Below, piece after piece: positions 19,880 through 30,034 of a stretch of DNA of 64,000 nucleotides (the stretch's first letter is position 1; every line of letters starts with the position of its first letter). Below the pieces are notes generated by a model that had not been told where the DNA came from, did not search any database, and was given only the letters and a program-made list of their open reading frames with translations. The DNA is from a virus. The stretch covers positions 39,547-103,546 of the IMG/VR virus record IMGVR_UViG_3300030099_007533; one strand, given 5' to 3'. Position numbers and translations under genes: made by a program.

Positions 19880-22174
19880 TTAACCCGGTAGGTCGTTTTC
19901 ATCTATTACTCTAAATTTAAATTTGTCCTTGAGTTCATAGTAATTACCTGCATCATTAATTAAAAAGCATATCTGGTATGAAAAATCTGGTTCAAATATA
20001 CTCATATCTAAATCAAAATAATTGCCAGCAGAGTCGTAAGAAAGCTGAGTATATGACCCCTCTCCTGAACCTGTTCCATAATTAATTACAATCTCTTCAT
20101 CGACACGTCTTTGTACCTTATAATACATTTTCTCAATTATTGTTGGCTCAACCACTGTTGAAGCGACGGTATAAACTGTTGCTTCAAAATTTTTATTTTG
20201 AACAAACACTCTAAAATTAGCGACATCAGTTTTACCATATTCTGCTTGTAAATTTGTTATATTTACCTTATAAGAATTAATTGGATAGGAAGTTTGTGTA
20301 TCAAAAGTGTTTACAGACACGGCAGAGGCAGTTAAATATTCTGTTGAGCCGCTGTGCCAAACGGGGTATAGTTCTGTTACATTAGAGTTGGCATAAGCAA
20401 ACGATGCAGAATAAATACCTGTTGAAACTTTACTACCTGTTGCGTGTGTGTCATTGTTCGCAACAACGCCACCCCCCGCTGGGAGTTGTAGTTTATTGCC
20501 CGCTGGGGCGGCGCTGGAGCCCGAATAAACACTTATAAATATTTTATTCTCTACTCCAAGACCCGGTATGTCTTGCAGTTGTCCTCTAACATAATTGTAC
20601 AGATAGAGAGTGTTTAAATTATCTGCTGCGGGCACTCTTGAAGAGCTTAAATAAAAGTTGGAAGCGTCGTCAGTTCTGTTATCGTTCCAACGAGCCTCAA
20701 TAACCGGTCTCTTTAAAAAGTATTGACTATCTCTCGCAAAGAATTTTTTTGTGTAATATGATCTATTAGCAGCTTCTAAACTGGATGATAGAAATACACC
20801 AAAACCAAAGCTGGCAGTATTGTTGTTAAGCCACTCTTCAACCTGATGTGTCACATCCACTTCTAAGTCTTCTAATCCAGTTGCAAAAGTTTGTGAATAC
20901 ACTGTAGTCTGGCTACCTGTGCTAAAACGCCCACCTTCATCAAGCCAATATAAAGCAGTGTTTACAGCATTTGCGACACCATTGCCAGCAAAATCTGTTG
21001 TAGAAAAATTAGAGGTTGCTAATCCATTGCCTGTTCCATTATGACCATTACCAGATCGGTCTCTTATTGTTGATGCTGTATCAACATCTATAACTTTGTT
21101 GGCATCTGTTTCTATTTGCCACCAAGCGACCAACTTTTTTGTAGCATCTGTCGTATACGCTTTCGTTTTCACTAAATTGTTTGGAACGCCCTCATTATAA
21201 ATTTCAAGGATCTGAGTTGAGCTTAACTCTTTGTTCCAAACAGATATTTCATCTATTTTTCCATCAAAAAAGTTAGAATCTACAGTCATTGCACCAATTT
21301 GCACTGGAGCAGTGGTATTTGCCATTGCAACATAACTTGCATCAGTGCCTAAAGTTAAAGTTTGTGACACTCCATTAATATAGAGTTTCATTCCAGAGGT
21401 AGCTGCTGAACCGCCGCGACCATCGTATGTTGCTGCAACATGATACCACCTCCCTGTTGCAATTGAACTTGCGGGGGATTGTGCGATCATACGAGGGGTG
21501 CTGCCAACAGTCTCATCTTCAAACTCAAGATATAGTTGTCCCGTCGATAACACAAAAAATTGCCATTCGCGCTGACCTGACGCACGCTTAGTAATAATTG
21601 GTCTGTGGTCCGAGAGACTATCAATATTGATCCATGCGCTTAGTGAAAAAGGGTTATCATTCGCGCCATCGCCATAAGAAAATGCATTGTTGTCTGCCAC
21701 TTGAACATATTCATCAGAACCATTCAATTCTAATGAACAATCACTGAAAGATCCTGCTTTGCGAGTTAGCCAAGTTGAGCCTTGACCGCCATTACCAATG
21801 CCGGGGTCACTATAATCTTCCATATCCAGACCATCGCCTTCATCCCAAGATTGAGAGATGGCTGCAATCGAAAGAGTGAAATTTGTTGGTGTTGTTGACG
21901 TATGTTCGGCATTAAACATACGAAGATAGAAATCAACAGAACCGGATTCTGGGATATTTCCATCATTTCTTGATGCGGAAAGGGTATCAAGGTCAAATTC
22001 GATTAAGGCTCTTGATAATTCCCCAGAGGATGTTGTCGCTTGTGCGTATAGACTAAACACTTCTAACACATCTGACTGCCCCATATTTGCAGTTGTACCA
22101 CGAGTAGTTAAGTTCTCCTTAAAAGCATTAGTAATTGTATTGTCTTTTGTTGCTTTAAACCTTCTAATTGCCAT
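19880..22174 (-). CDS. Virion protein with inserted LamG domain
   Basis: LamG motifs LNGSDEYVQV, FSLSAWI, GRWYHVAATYDG, LYINGV and FFDGKIDEISVWN sit inside a scaffold carrying SRALIEFDL...QSWDEG...LEVDVTHQVEEWL. Confidence 0.75.
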   Translation of the reverse strand: MAIRRFKATKDNTITNAFKENLTTRGTTANMGQSDVLEVFSLYAQATTSSGELSRALIEFDLDTLSASRNDGNIPESGSVDFYLRMFNAEHTSTTPTNFTLSIAAISQSWDEGDGLDMEDYSDPGIGNGGQGSTWLTRKAGSFSDCSLELNGSDEYVQVADNNAFSYGDGANDNPFSLSAWINIDSLSDHRPIITKRASGQREWQFFVLSTGQLYLEFEDETVGSTPRMIAQSPASSIATGRWYHVAATYDGRGGSAATSGMKLYINGVSQTLTLGTDASYVAMANTTAPVQIGAMTVDSNFFDGKIDEISVWNKELSSTQILEIYNEGVPNNLVKTKAYTTDATKKLVAWWQIETDANKVIDVDTASTIRDRSGNGHNGTGNGLATSNFSTTDFAGNGVANAVNTALYWLDEGGRFSTGSQTTVYSQTFATGLEDLEVDVTHQVEEWLNNNTASFGFGVFLSSSLEAANRSYYTKKFFARDSQYFLKRPVIEARWNDNRTDDASNFYLSSSRVPAADNLNTLYLYNYVRGQLQDIPGLGVENKIFISVYSGSSAAPAGNKLQLPAGGGVVANNDTHATGSKVSTGIYSASFAYANSNVTELYPVWHSGSTEYLTASAVSVNTFDTQTSYPINSYKVNITNLQAEYGKTDVANFRVFVQNKNFEATVYTVASTVVEPTIIEKMYYKVQRRVDEEIVINYGTGSGEGSYTQLSYDSAGNYFDLDMSIFEPDFSYQICFLINDAGNYYELKDKFKFRVIDENDLPG

Positions 22175-23970
22175 TAGACTACCACTCCAATAATATTTTC
22201 ATCTGGAAACTTTAATTCCATAACTACGTTTTCTGGGACAATGATGAATCTACCATCATCTGTTGTCGCACCATCAATATCAAAAGAGAATCCGCTATAG
22301 TTTGTGCCAAACTTCTGCTTTATTCTTACATCTTGAGTGTCAATGACAGAATCTAAATCATTTAGAATTCTATATATTTCTGAAATATAAAATGGTGCTC
22401 CAAACAAAGATTGTACTGCATAAAAACTTTTTAATGCGTTGTTACATTGTTCCAAAACTTCAGTTTGATTGTAGTCTAAAGCTCCCAATACTTTATATTC
22501 AATGCTAAAGTTAACAACTTGACCATCTAAAATATCAATTGTGTCGTTAATCATTTTGTATTGACTTAACCAAACTTTTAAATTTTCTTTTGTTGTTGAT
22601 GGTGTTGTTGTTAAGTTGCCATCCAAGCCTTGTGACAAAACAAACAAATTTAAATTTCTTTTAAACGAGTCTTTGTCCTGCACAATGTTGGTTCTTTTAA
22701 CAGAGCCAAATTTTGCTGGCATTCTATACACTAAACTTACATAGTCTTGCTGTGTAACTGCTCTATTCTGTGAAGAATAAGCATTAAGGGCTCGGACTCT
22801 TATTTCATCTGATACCAAACTATTTGTTGAGCCAAGAATTGGTTCCTCGTTTTCAACATCTAAAGAATTTTGAGCAAAAACTAAGTTTTCATTAGATACA
22901 GCGGAACTGTTTGGAAATGACAATATCGCGTCAACAATCGTATTTACTGAATTGACTGGGATGTTGACGGTGCTTTGATCATTTTTTCTATACGTTACCA
23001 CCAAGTCTCCAGAAGGTGGCACAACGCCAAACTTGTCATTTTTTAATAAAACCGATGGGTCAAAACTATCATCAGAATAATAATCACGCGCATATCTTTG
23101 CAACGCTACAGAGGAAGGGTCAGGATATTCATCGCTTTTTAAACTATTTTCCGATCCAAAGCCAAACTGAATTGATACAGTCCCATCCTCTTCAACTTCT
23201 GTAATAAATCTTCTTGAAGCCAACTTTTCCCTTAAAACATATGGTGCGTCATCCTCTCCATCCTTGTTTGGATTTCTTATTGGTTGCAAGGTTACGTTGT
23301 GGGATAAATAAGGGACTTCAAAATACTCATTACCCTCAGAATCAACAATTGAAATTATCTCTGTAATATTTTCATCTGATAAAGAAATTTTTAGAAATTT
23401 CTGGTATTCTCCAACCGTCAGAATTTCTGTGTTTATAAAACCAGATATGACATCGCCATATGCCTTAAAAGCAAAAGATGTTGGATCACCATTTGCATCA
23501 GTCTGTGCAACAACAACCTCTGCATCAGATTTATTAAAATCAACATCAGAGGTTAAGATGAGGGAAGTCCCATTGTTGCTTGATAAAGTTGTACCTTCTT
23601 TTAATATTGGTATTAAATCTGTATTTGGTGTTTTATTTGTATTTGCTGGCACTTGTACATAAAATGCCGCTTTCCCATTAGCAGAAAAAGCCATGGGGTT
23701 TTTGTATCCAAATTGTTTGGCAATTTTTAATAAATTTTTAGTTTCAATCGCACTGTCAACAAATGACTCGTTTGTTTGATAGTCTATGTAAAAAGATAAC
23801 ATGTCACCAACATAAGCAACAGTGTCCAACATTAATGAGCCAAACGATGAGGCATTAAAATCTTTAAAAGTATCAGGGTAGTATGTCTTCGCATAATTTA
23901 CTAAAGAATCTTTAATAGTGTCAAATTCTTTACTGGAATATTTTACTGGTTTTGTTTTCTTATCCGCCAT
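22174..23970 (-). CDS. Baseplate wedge subunit (T4 gp6-like)
   Basis: EFDTIKDSL..Y..TFKDFNASSFG.LMLD.VAYVGD.LSFYID...NESF.DSA; IQFGFG; QNRAVTQQDY. Confidence 0.9.
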   Translation of the reverse strand: MADKKTKPVKYSSKEFDTIKDSLVNYAKTYYPDTFKDFNASSFGSLMLDTVAYVGDMLSFYIDYQTNESFVDSAIETKNLLKIAKQFGYKNPMAFSANGKAAFYVQVPANTNKTPNTDLIPILKEGTTLSSNNGTSLILTSDVDFNKSDAEVVVAQTDANGDPTSFAFKAYGDVISGFINTEILTVGEYQKFLKISLSDENITEIISIVDSEGNEYFEVPYLSHNVTLQPIRNPNKDGEDDAPYVLREKLASRRFITEVEEDGTVSIQFGFGSENSLKSDEYPDPSSVALQRYARDYYSDDSFDPSVLLKNDKFGVVPPSGDLVVTYRKNDQSTVNIPVNSVNTIVDAILSFPNSSAVSNENLVFAQNSLDVENEEPILGSTNSLVSDEIRVRALNAYSSQNRAVTQQDYVSLVYRMPAKFGSVKRTNIVQDKDSFKRNLNLFVLSQGLDGNLTTTPSTTKENLKVWLSQYKMINDTIDILDGQVVNFSIEYKVLGALDYNQTEVLEQCNNALKSFYAVQSLFGAPFYISEIYRILNDLDSVIDTQDVRIKQKFGTNYSGFSFDIDGATTDDGRFIIVPENVVMELKFPDENIIGVVV

Positions 23971-23971
23971 A

Positions 23972-24349
23972 TTAAATGAACCCCTTTACATCCAAATTTA
24001 ATGTATCACTCACTGATAAAGTAGGTATAATATATTCAACTCTCAAATTTGCCGTATTTTCCTCTATTTTTGTAGTCACATCTAATATTTGCACAAATGG
24101 CAAATATTTGCCCACTTGTGTAAATAGTCTTTCTTTCAAGTCTTCTAAAATATCATCTGTTGCATTTTCAAATAAAAGAGCATAAAACCCAACACCAAAA
24201 TCAGGATCCATGACTCTCTCACCGGGATTAGTAAAAATTAAATTTTTTAAGTTCTGTTTTGTATTCTCTGTTAAATCTTGCGTTAAAAGATATGGACCAT
24301 CACTTTTTGTGTACGCCAAAGGTAATTTTGCGGAAATGCCTGTTGTCAT
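23972..24349 (-). CDS. Baseplate wedge/sheath initiator (T4 gp25 / GPW family)
   Basis: KQNLKNLIFTNPGERVMDPDFGVG signature. Confidence 0.92.
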   Translation of the reverse strand: MTTGISAKLPLAYTKSDGPYLLTQDLTENTKQNLKNLIFTNPGERVMDPDFGVGFYALLFENATDDILEDLKERLFTQVGKYLPFVQILDVTTKIEENTANLRVEYIIPTLSVSDTLNLDVKGFI

Positions 24350-26107
24350 TTATGAAACCTCTATAGAATCTACTAAAGTAATTAGATTTTGATCAATAAT
24401 ATCGTCCATTTTGTTAGCCTCGGAAATAAAATTGTCAAGTAGTTCTGTTTTAGAGCCATTTAAAATTGTTCCCTGTGTCGCTGCGTCATAAGAGCTTTGA
24501 TTGTCTACAGTAGCTGTTACGACTCCATTTGTAGAGTTGGTTTTAGAAGCAAAATAATCTTTCACGATTTGACTATTAAACAGACCGTCTAAAACTTGTT
24601 GTGAATATGGGGCAATAATTTCTTGGTCTACAAGATAGTCGTATGCATTTCTCCATGACGAAATATCGACAATTGGACTCTCAAGCTTTGCCAGTATGAC
24701 TGGTACTGTAGAACCTTGAACTTCCTCAGTTGGCAAGCTTATTTCATACTCTGCCAATGGGAAAGTTTCATATTGTTCTACTTTAAAAAATTCGCTCGCA
24801 GCGTGAGTTGCATCTTTATTAGAAAAAAGTGTGGATCCAAATGTTTGTTCTATTAAATTGTATACAAAAGTTTTATTGTTATAAGCACTTTTAATGTTAT
24901 CTTTAGAATATTTTTCTATATCGCTGTTTAGAGCTTCTCTATTTACTCCAGATTTATGAGAGTCTACATCGGAGGCTTCCTGCGTGGCATATGTCTTGTT
25001 TGTATCGCCAAATTTAATTTTATTAGGTGTAAAATTATCTAACGATGGGGCGCGAACAACAAGTCTGGCTCCAAATTTCAAATCAAGATTGTCCAAAATG
25101 TCTGTTTTGCTTAGTGTTTTAATGGAAGATTGTAGAGTATATCCAGTATATATTATTTTTAAAAACAATAACAGTAATGTCGCTTCCCTAAAAGAATAAT
25201 AATTATGATTTTTTAATCCTTTTCTTTCATAATATGTCAACTCAGTTTGGTCAGGGATTGAAAACCCTTCAAATTTTGAAAGTAAATCATAATTAAATTT
25301 AAAATAATATTCAACATAAGCGCCAGAATCAAGAAGCTCGGAGTGATTTGCATTTTTAGTTGTTTCTAAAAGAAATTTTTGTAAATCATTTGTTGATGAG
25401 GTGCCTATAACTCCTTTAACGACACCATCATCAATCAATTTAATTCTTTTTTCTATGGCTTCTTCGTTAAAAATTCTATTTTGAAATAAGATGGTCCTAT
25501 CGTTGTAATATGATGATTTCTGTTCAAGTGGTAGATTGTCGAAGCCGCCAATATAAGATTGATCATTCGTCAAAGTACCAAATCTAAGAAAATCAGTTAT
25601 AGCCGGTGTGATATTATAAGAGATGGCGTCTGGGACAAAAGACTTTGCAATTTGTTTTTTAGTTTCAGCTAATGTGTTTTGTTGCTTATCTGATGGTTTT
25701 GATACAGATAAGATTGATAAATGCTTATAAAGTTCGTTAGCAAAAATTTCTTTAAGAGCAAGGCTTGCATTTTGTTGTTTAGGCAGATCTTTTTTTAGTG
25801 GTTCTATGCCTTTTGGCACTCCAGCCTGTTTTAAATAATAACAGGCAAACCTATAATATTCTTTATTTTTAGAATCTGTTAAAAAACTATTAAACAAAGA
25901 AGTGTATGGTTCTTCTGTTTCTATTAAATTAACAAAATATTTTATTGCTTCAGAATTATTACCGTTATCTGTCAAGCTTGCCAAATAATCAGGATTTAAA
26001 TTAAATTTAAACAAGTTTCTGCGGGCTTGTTTCAAAAAATGGTTCTTAAACCTTTCTTCAAAAAGATTTTGAAAACTCATTATTGTGTATTCTTTAAAAT
26101 TAAGCAT
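24350..26107 (-). CDS. Hypothetical protein of baseplate module (start uncertain: 26119/26107/26080)
   Basis: ~585-aa ORF abutting gp25; no recognisable motif. Confidence 0.5.
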   Translation of the reverse strand: MLNFKEYTIMSFQNLFEERFKNHFLKQARRNLFKFNLNPDYLASLTDNGNNSEAIKYFVNLIETEEPYTSLFNSFLTDSKNKEYYRFACYYLKQAGVPKGIEPLKKDLPKQQNASLALKEIFANELYKHLSILSVSKPSDKQQNTLAETKKQIAKSFVPDAISYNITPAITDFLRFGTLTNDQSYIGGFDNLPLEQKSSYYNDRTILFQNRIFNEEAIEKRIKLIDDGVVKGVIGTSSTNDLQKFLLETTKNANHSELLDSGAYVEYYFKFNYDLLSKFEGFSIPDQTELTYYERKGLKNHNYYSFREATLLLLFLKIIYTGYTLQSSIKTLSKTDILDNLDLKFGARLVVRAPSLDNFTPNKIKFGDTNKTYATQEASDVDSHKSGVNREALNSDIEKYSKDNIKSAYNNKTFVYNLIEQTFGSTLFSNKDATHAASEFFKVEQYETFPLAEYEISLPTEEVQGSTVPVILAKLESPIVDISSWRNAYDYLVDQEIIAPYSQQVLDGLFNSQIVKDYFASKTNSTNGVVTATVDNQSSYDAATQGTILNGSKTELLDNFISEANKMDDIIDQNLITLVDSIEVS

Positions 26108-26108
26108 T

Positions 26109-28124
26109 CTATAACCCAAAGTCCTTTTTTAAATTAGCAAATTTTGCTTCTTCGTTTAACGTTTCTTTGTTGTTAGTATCAATTATACTATCTTTTTGCA
26201 ATTCAATCAACTGGTCTCTCAATATTTGCTTTGTATATTTTAAATATCCGTTAAATTTAACATCCAAATTTAAATCTTTTGGATTGTAAAAATCTTTTTC
26301 AGTGTCTGCAAATTGTTGACCTTCTGCGTTCCACCCATCATAAAAGTTTAAAAAATCAAAATTTTGAGGAATCAACTGGCTCACTAAACTTAGTACTGCA
26401 AATGGATAGCTTGCTTCTAAATACCTTTTAACAAAATCACTTAAATTTTGCGCTTGTGATTCCTTTGTCTGTTTTTGTTGTTCTTTATCGCTAATGTAAT
26501 TAGAGATTAAGAGGCTGTCACCGCCAAATATTAAAGACTCATCTTCTATCCAGTATTTTTGTATTGAATTGTTTATCTTTTTAAAATTGATCGTTTCATC
26601 ACTAAACAATTCTTGCTGTTTTGTTATTTTTGTCAATACCACAGAATTTCCGTCTATCACTTCGCTCTTGTTATATATCGATAAATTTATGCCCTCTTGT
26701 TCAACACCGATGGCAATAAATGAATTTGCTCCGAGATTTAAATTAATTAATTTTGGAATAATTTGTGTTTCTGCATCAACGTATAGTTCGTTAATGTAGC
26801 CTTGATAGGATTTATTTAATGTTGGGATTGTTTTATAAGATTCATATGTATTATCAACTATAAAATCGTTTACACCCGCTGCCTCCATTAAAGAACCCAG
26901 CGGCAGTGGTGGAAGACCCAATTGTGGGTTAAGAAGAGCGCATAGGTCATTAACACTTGAAAGTATTCCATCTAACTGCTCAGGTTTTATATCACATGGG
27001 TCTGGGAGGCATATATCAGCTTTTGAATCATTTAATAATTCAATAAAATTTATAAAACTTCCTAAAGCCTGAAAAAAGGTAAGGATCTCTTGTTCGTTAT
27101 TTAATTTAACTCCTCTCTGCTGCAACGATAAAGTAGTACTTTGATTTAATATTTTATTTATAATATTGCAGTTGCCCTGACCTAAAAACAGAAATATAAA
27201 TTCTTCTTGCTGTATAGATGGGTTTTGCTGTGTTTGTTTAATATAGGTACGGATATCATTATTGCTTACACTTTTTGGTGTCAAGCCAATATTTTTTGTA
27301 TTTTCTATTGCAGCGTTTGTTATGTAGGGGTCAATAGAGATTTTTTTCAAAGGCGGATAGGCATTATAAAAATCCGTATCATCAGGTTCAGCCCATTGGT
27401 TCGCCAAGTCTAAAAGAACAGTTGAGACTGTGTTTATTATGGGGGTTGTTACTAAACAAAGACTAACGCACAGAGCTTCAGATTTGATGTTGTCTATTAT
27501 ATCGCTAAAATCGGGGATATTAATATATGGTAATTCTGGTATCAAAGGAATTTCAAAATTAGGCAAACGATTTTCAAATGTTTCAGACTGTTCAAGCCTT
27601 GTACCGCAGGGCGTATCAACCTCATTTAATAACAAAGATGAATCTGCCACTTGTTTCGCCAATTTATTCAACCCAATTAAAAGATAATATTGCACTGGCA
27701 ATACGGACAAAAACTTTCTATATTGATCCTCCATACAGGTTGGAAATCTTGGCTCCCCTGATAAAGCTTTTGTGAGTTCAAACACCGCGCTAATAATGCT
27801 TGAAGCAACTTCTTGTTTTGATTTACTATCATCCTTGGCTGCATCTATAGCGTTTTTTGCCGATTGCAGGTAGGGGGCGCAGCCCTCTATCCCCGCGAAA
27901 GTCTCCTCAAGTGTTGGAGTCAGGCTTTGCCCTTGTTTAATTTGCTTACATTTACCTGACAACTCCACGTTTGCCAAACGAGCGACTGCATCATCCAAAC
28001 TTTGAATAAGTTCAAGCCCGGTTGTTCCGTATGCCCAAGCAGATGCTAAGACACCACCAGCAGTTACCTGTGAATTGACTTTTGTTTCAGCCGCTTTTTG
28101 TTTTGTATTTGGGTTATCTGCCAT
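26109..28124 (-). CDS. Hypothetical Cys-containing helical protein of baseplate module
   Basis: 671-aa ORF with PNFEIPLIPELPYINIPDF and scattered Cys; coupled to neighbours. Confidence 0.5.
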   Translation of the reverse strand: MADNPNTKQKAAETKVNSQVTAGGVLASAWAYGTTGLELIQSLDDAVARLANVELSGKCKQIKQGQSLTPTLEETFAGIEGCAPYLQSAKNAIDAAKDDSKSKQEVASSIISAVFELTKALSGEPRFPTCMEDQYRKFLSVLPVQYYLLIGLNKLAKQVADSSLLLNEVDTPCGTRLEQSETFENRLPNFEIPLIPELPYINIPDFSDIIDNIKSEALCVSLCLVTTPIINTVSTVLLDLANQWAEPDDTDFYNAYPPLKKISIDPYITNAAIENTKNIGLTPKSVSNNDIRTYIKQTQQNPSIQQEEFIFLFLGQGNCNIINKILNQSTTLSLQQRGVKLNNEQEILTFFQALGSFINFIELLNDSKADICLPDPCDIKPEQLDGILSSVNDLCALLNPQLGLPPLPLGSLMEAAGVNDFIVDNTYESYKTIPTLNKSYQGYINELYVDAETQIIPKLINLNLGANSFIAIGVEQEGINLSIYNKSEVIDGNSVVLTKITKQQELFSDETINFKKINNSIQKYWIEDESLIFGGDSLLISNYISDKEQQKQTKESQAQNLSDFVKRYLEASYPFAVLSLVSQLIPQNFDFLNFYDGWNAEGQQFADTEKDFYNPKDLNLDVKFNGYLKYTKQILRDQLIELQKDSIIDTNNKETLNEEAKFANLKKDFGL

Positions 28125-28125
28125 T

Positions 28126-29133
28126 TTAGTTCGTAAAGTTAAATTTGCTGTTAAATCCGCCTTGTGAGATATCGGATGTGTTAATTCTTAAAGCCACCTG
28201 ATTGTATTTAGCAGTAATATTTCTTAATACATTAAATATGTCCAAAGGAGTTTTTACTGCTCCAATTGCAATCGCCAAGTCGATACTGGGGAGCGTAACA
28301 GGACTTAGTGGCGGAATAATTGGGTGAACATGCAGTGCCAGAGCGCTCTCCAGAACTTTTTGAGCCTTCATAACCTTTAAAAGAACCTTGTTAACATCGG
28401 AGATTCTTGAAGATACCTCTCTCATTCTTTTTTCTAAAGCATATCCTTTTACTATCGGTTGTAGCCCAAAAACGGATTTTTCATCTTTTAATATTTCCTC
28501 ATCTGGGTTACCAAAGATAAGACTAACACCAACATAATCAGTATTTGACCTCTCATTTTTAAATTGAGAACCGTAATTTGGCAAAGTTGGATCATAACCT
28601 GCAACGATGTTAACACCGCCATTTCTTGCCTTTACCTCCACAACATCAGCATTGATCTCAAAAACTGAAACCGCCGATTGAGGAGATTTAGTTGTTGCTT
28701 TTCTATCTGTATTTTTTGGATTAGAAGTATCAACAACTGCGTCTTTCCCCGTATCTGTTCTCTGATAAATTGTCAGCCCAGCGCCATATCTTAAATCTGG
28801 TTTTGATAAGTCAATTTTATCACCATCTTTTTGCCCATCATTTAAAAAACCCACTCCTAAAACAATTTTATTTGCAAAATCGCCGCCTGAACCAGTAGCC
28901 GTTAGCGTTGTTCCATAGCGAGCGTCTTGCCCAAGATATAAAACTGAATCAGCCTCGCCATCGATGATGATCGCGCCTCTTTTTTTGTTGTCAGAAAAGT
29001 CGGGGGTGTGAAGACCTTTAAAGGTCCTATCTCCATCGCCAATATTGTTAGAGGCTTGCTGGGCTGCTTGATTTTTAGGAGTTAAATTGTTTGTCTTTCT
29101 TGATTTTACTGATGATACTGCGTTGCCTGCCAT
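28126..29133 (-). CDS. Putative baseplate central spike (beta-rich, C-terminal HxH)
   Basis: INADVVEVKARNGGVNIVAG beta segment, QPIVKG, ALHVHP metal-binding tip motif; position upstream of gp25. Confidence 0.5.
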   Translation of the reverse strand: MAGNAVSSVKSRKTNNLTPKNQAAQQASNNIGDGDRTFKGLHTPDFSDNKKRGAIIIDGEADSVLYLGQDARYGTTLTATGSGGDFANKIVLGVGFLNDGQKDGDKIDLSKPDLRYGAGLTIYQRTDTGKDAVVDTSNPKNTDRKATTKSPQSAVSVFEINADVVEVKARNGGVNIVAGYDPTLPNYGSQFKNERSNTDYVGVSLIFGNPDEEILKDEKSVFGLQPIVKGYALEKRMREVSSRISDVNKVLLKVMKAQKVLESALALHVHPIIPPLSPVTLPSIDLAIAIGAVKTPLDIFNVLRNITAKYNQVALRINTSDISQGGFNSKFNFTN

Positions 29134-29684
29134 TATGCCCCCTGTGGAAAAAACTGTCTTGCAGACTTGTTTTCCTTTTGTACATACTCACTTAATTTAG
29201 GATCCATTTCTGGCTTTAGTGAGGGATAACCAATAAATTTTATTGTTTTAAATTCTTGTGGGTCTTCATAATCAACTATGACGATTTCATTACTTTTAGG
29301 TAACCTATTGTTTGAAGCCGCAGGATTAACATAAACCTTTAAAAGCGAACCATAATATTGTTCTTTTGTGATGACCTTGTTAAAATAGTCCTCAAAATAA
29401 TCTGTCAATCCTTCTATTTCTAAATAAACCATGTAAAATGTATTATCTTCTGAATCTAAAATTAAATTTTGCATTTCACGACCTGAGATTTCAGAAGTAT
29501 CTTGGACCTCTTCCACGAATCTCGCAATGGCGACTAAGGGAAAATTAAAATCATTTTCAGTTGTTTGAACCTCTCTTGATGCTTTATTACCAAGCAATTG
29601 GAGCAGATCGTTTGTTTTAATAGTAGCGCCGGGATCTAAATTATAAGGCAATAAATCTAATTGATTATAACGGTTTACTGACAT
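29133..29684 (-). CDS. Putative spike-associated OB-fold protein (gp5 N-terminal-like)
   Basis: LPKSNEIVIVDYEDP resembles the P..G..V.V.F..D OB-fold motif; directly upstream of the spike candidate. Confidence 0.4.
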   Translation of the reverse strand: MSVNRYNQLDLLPYNLDPGATIKTNDLLQLLGNKASREVQTTENDFNFPLVAIARFVEEVQDTSEISGREMQNLILDSEDNTFYMVYLEIEGLTDYFEDYFNKVITKEQYYGSLLKVYVNPAASNNRLPKSNEIVIVDYEDPQEFKTIKFIGYPSLKPEMDPKLSEYVQKENKSARQFFPQGA

Positions 29685-29995
29685 TAATCTTCACCCGATG
29701 CCCTTTCGTTCATCTCACCCTGTATTAATTCAAAAAGGTTATCTTTCTCATTGTCTGATAACTCAACGCTCCCGCTTTGCTGTTCAGCTTTTTGAATGAG
29801 ATGAAGAACTTTAACAAGCTGCTCGTTTGAGCGTTGCAAAGTCTCAACATATTTTGCTGCTACTAAACCAGCCCTTACATTTTCAACTTGATTTTGTTGT
29901 ATTTCTTGTTGAAGATCTATCAAGAGACTTTCTGTTGTAGTTCTATCAGTTCTAATATTATCAAGAGCTTCTTCAATTAACTTGTTTTTATCCAT
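29684..29995 (-). CDS. Hypothetical coiled-coil protein, first gene of the late operon
   Basis: 103 aa, helical; preceded by the late motif. Confidence 0.6.
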   Translation of the reverse strand: MDKNKLIEEALDNIRTDRTTTESLLIDLQQEIQQNQVENVRAGLVAAKYVETLQRSNEQLVKVLHLIQKAEQQSGSVELSDNEKDNLFELIQGEMNERASGED

Positions 29996-30012
29996 TAATA
30001 ACTACCCCATAG

Positions 30013-30021
30013 ATAATTAGG
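30013..30021 (-). promoter_or_regulatory. Candidate phage late promoter CCTAATTAT
   Basis: Gap between the sigma gene and the structural operon, 17 nt before ATG 29995. Confidence 0.55.
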
Positions 30022-30034
30022 CTAACGGTCAAAA

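Noticed and set aside
24350-28124. Readthrough joining the 671-aa and 589-aa ORFs
   Set aside because: They are in different frames, the downstream ORF has its own ATG next to the stop, and no clear slippery site is evident.
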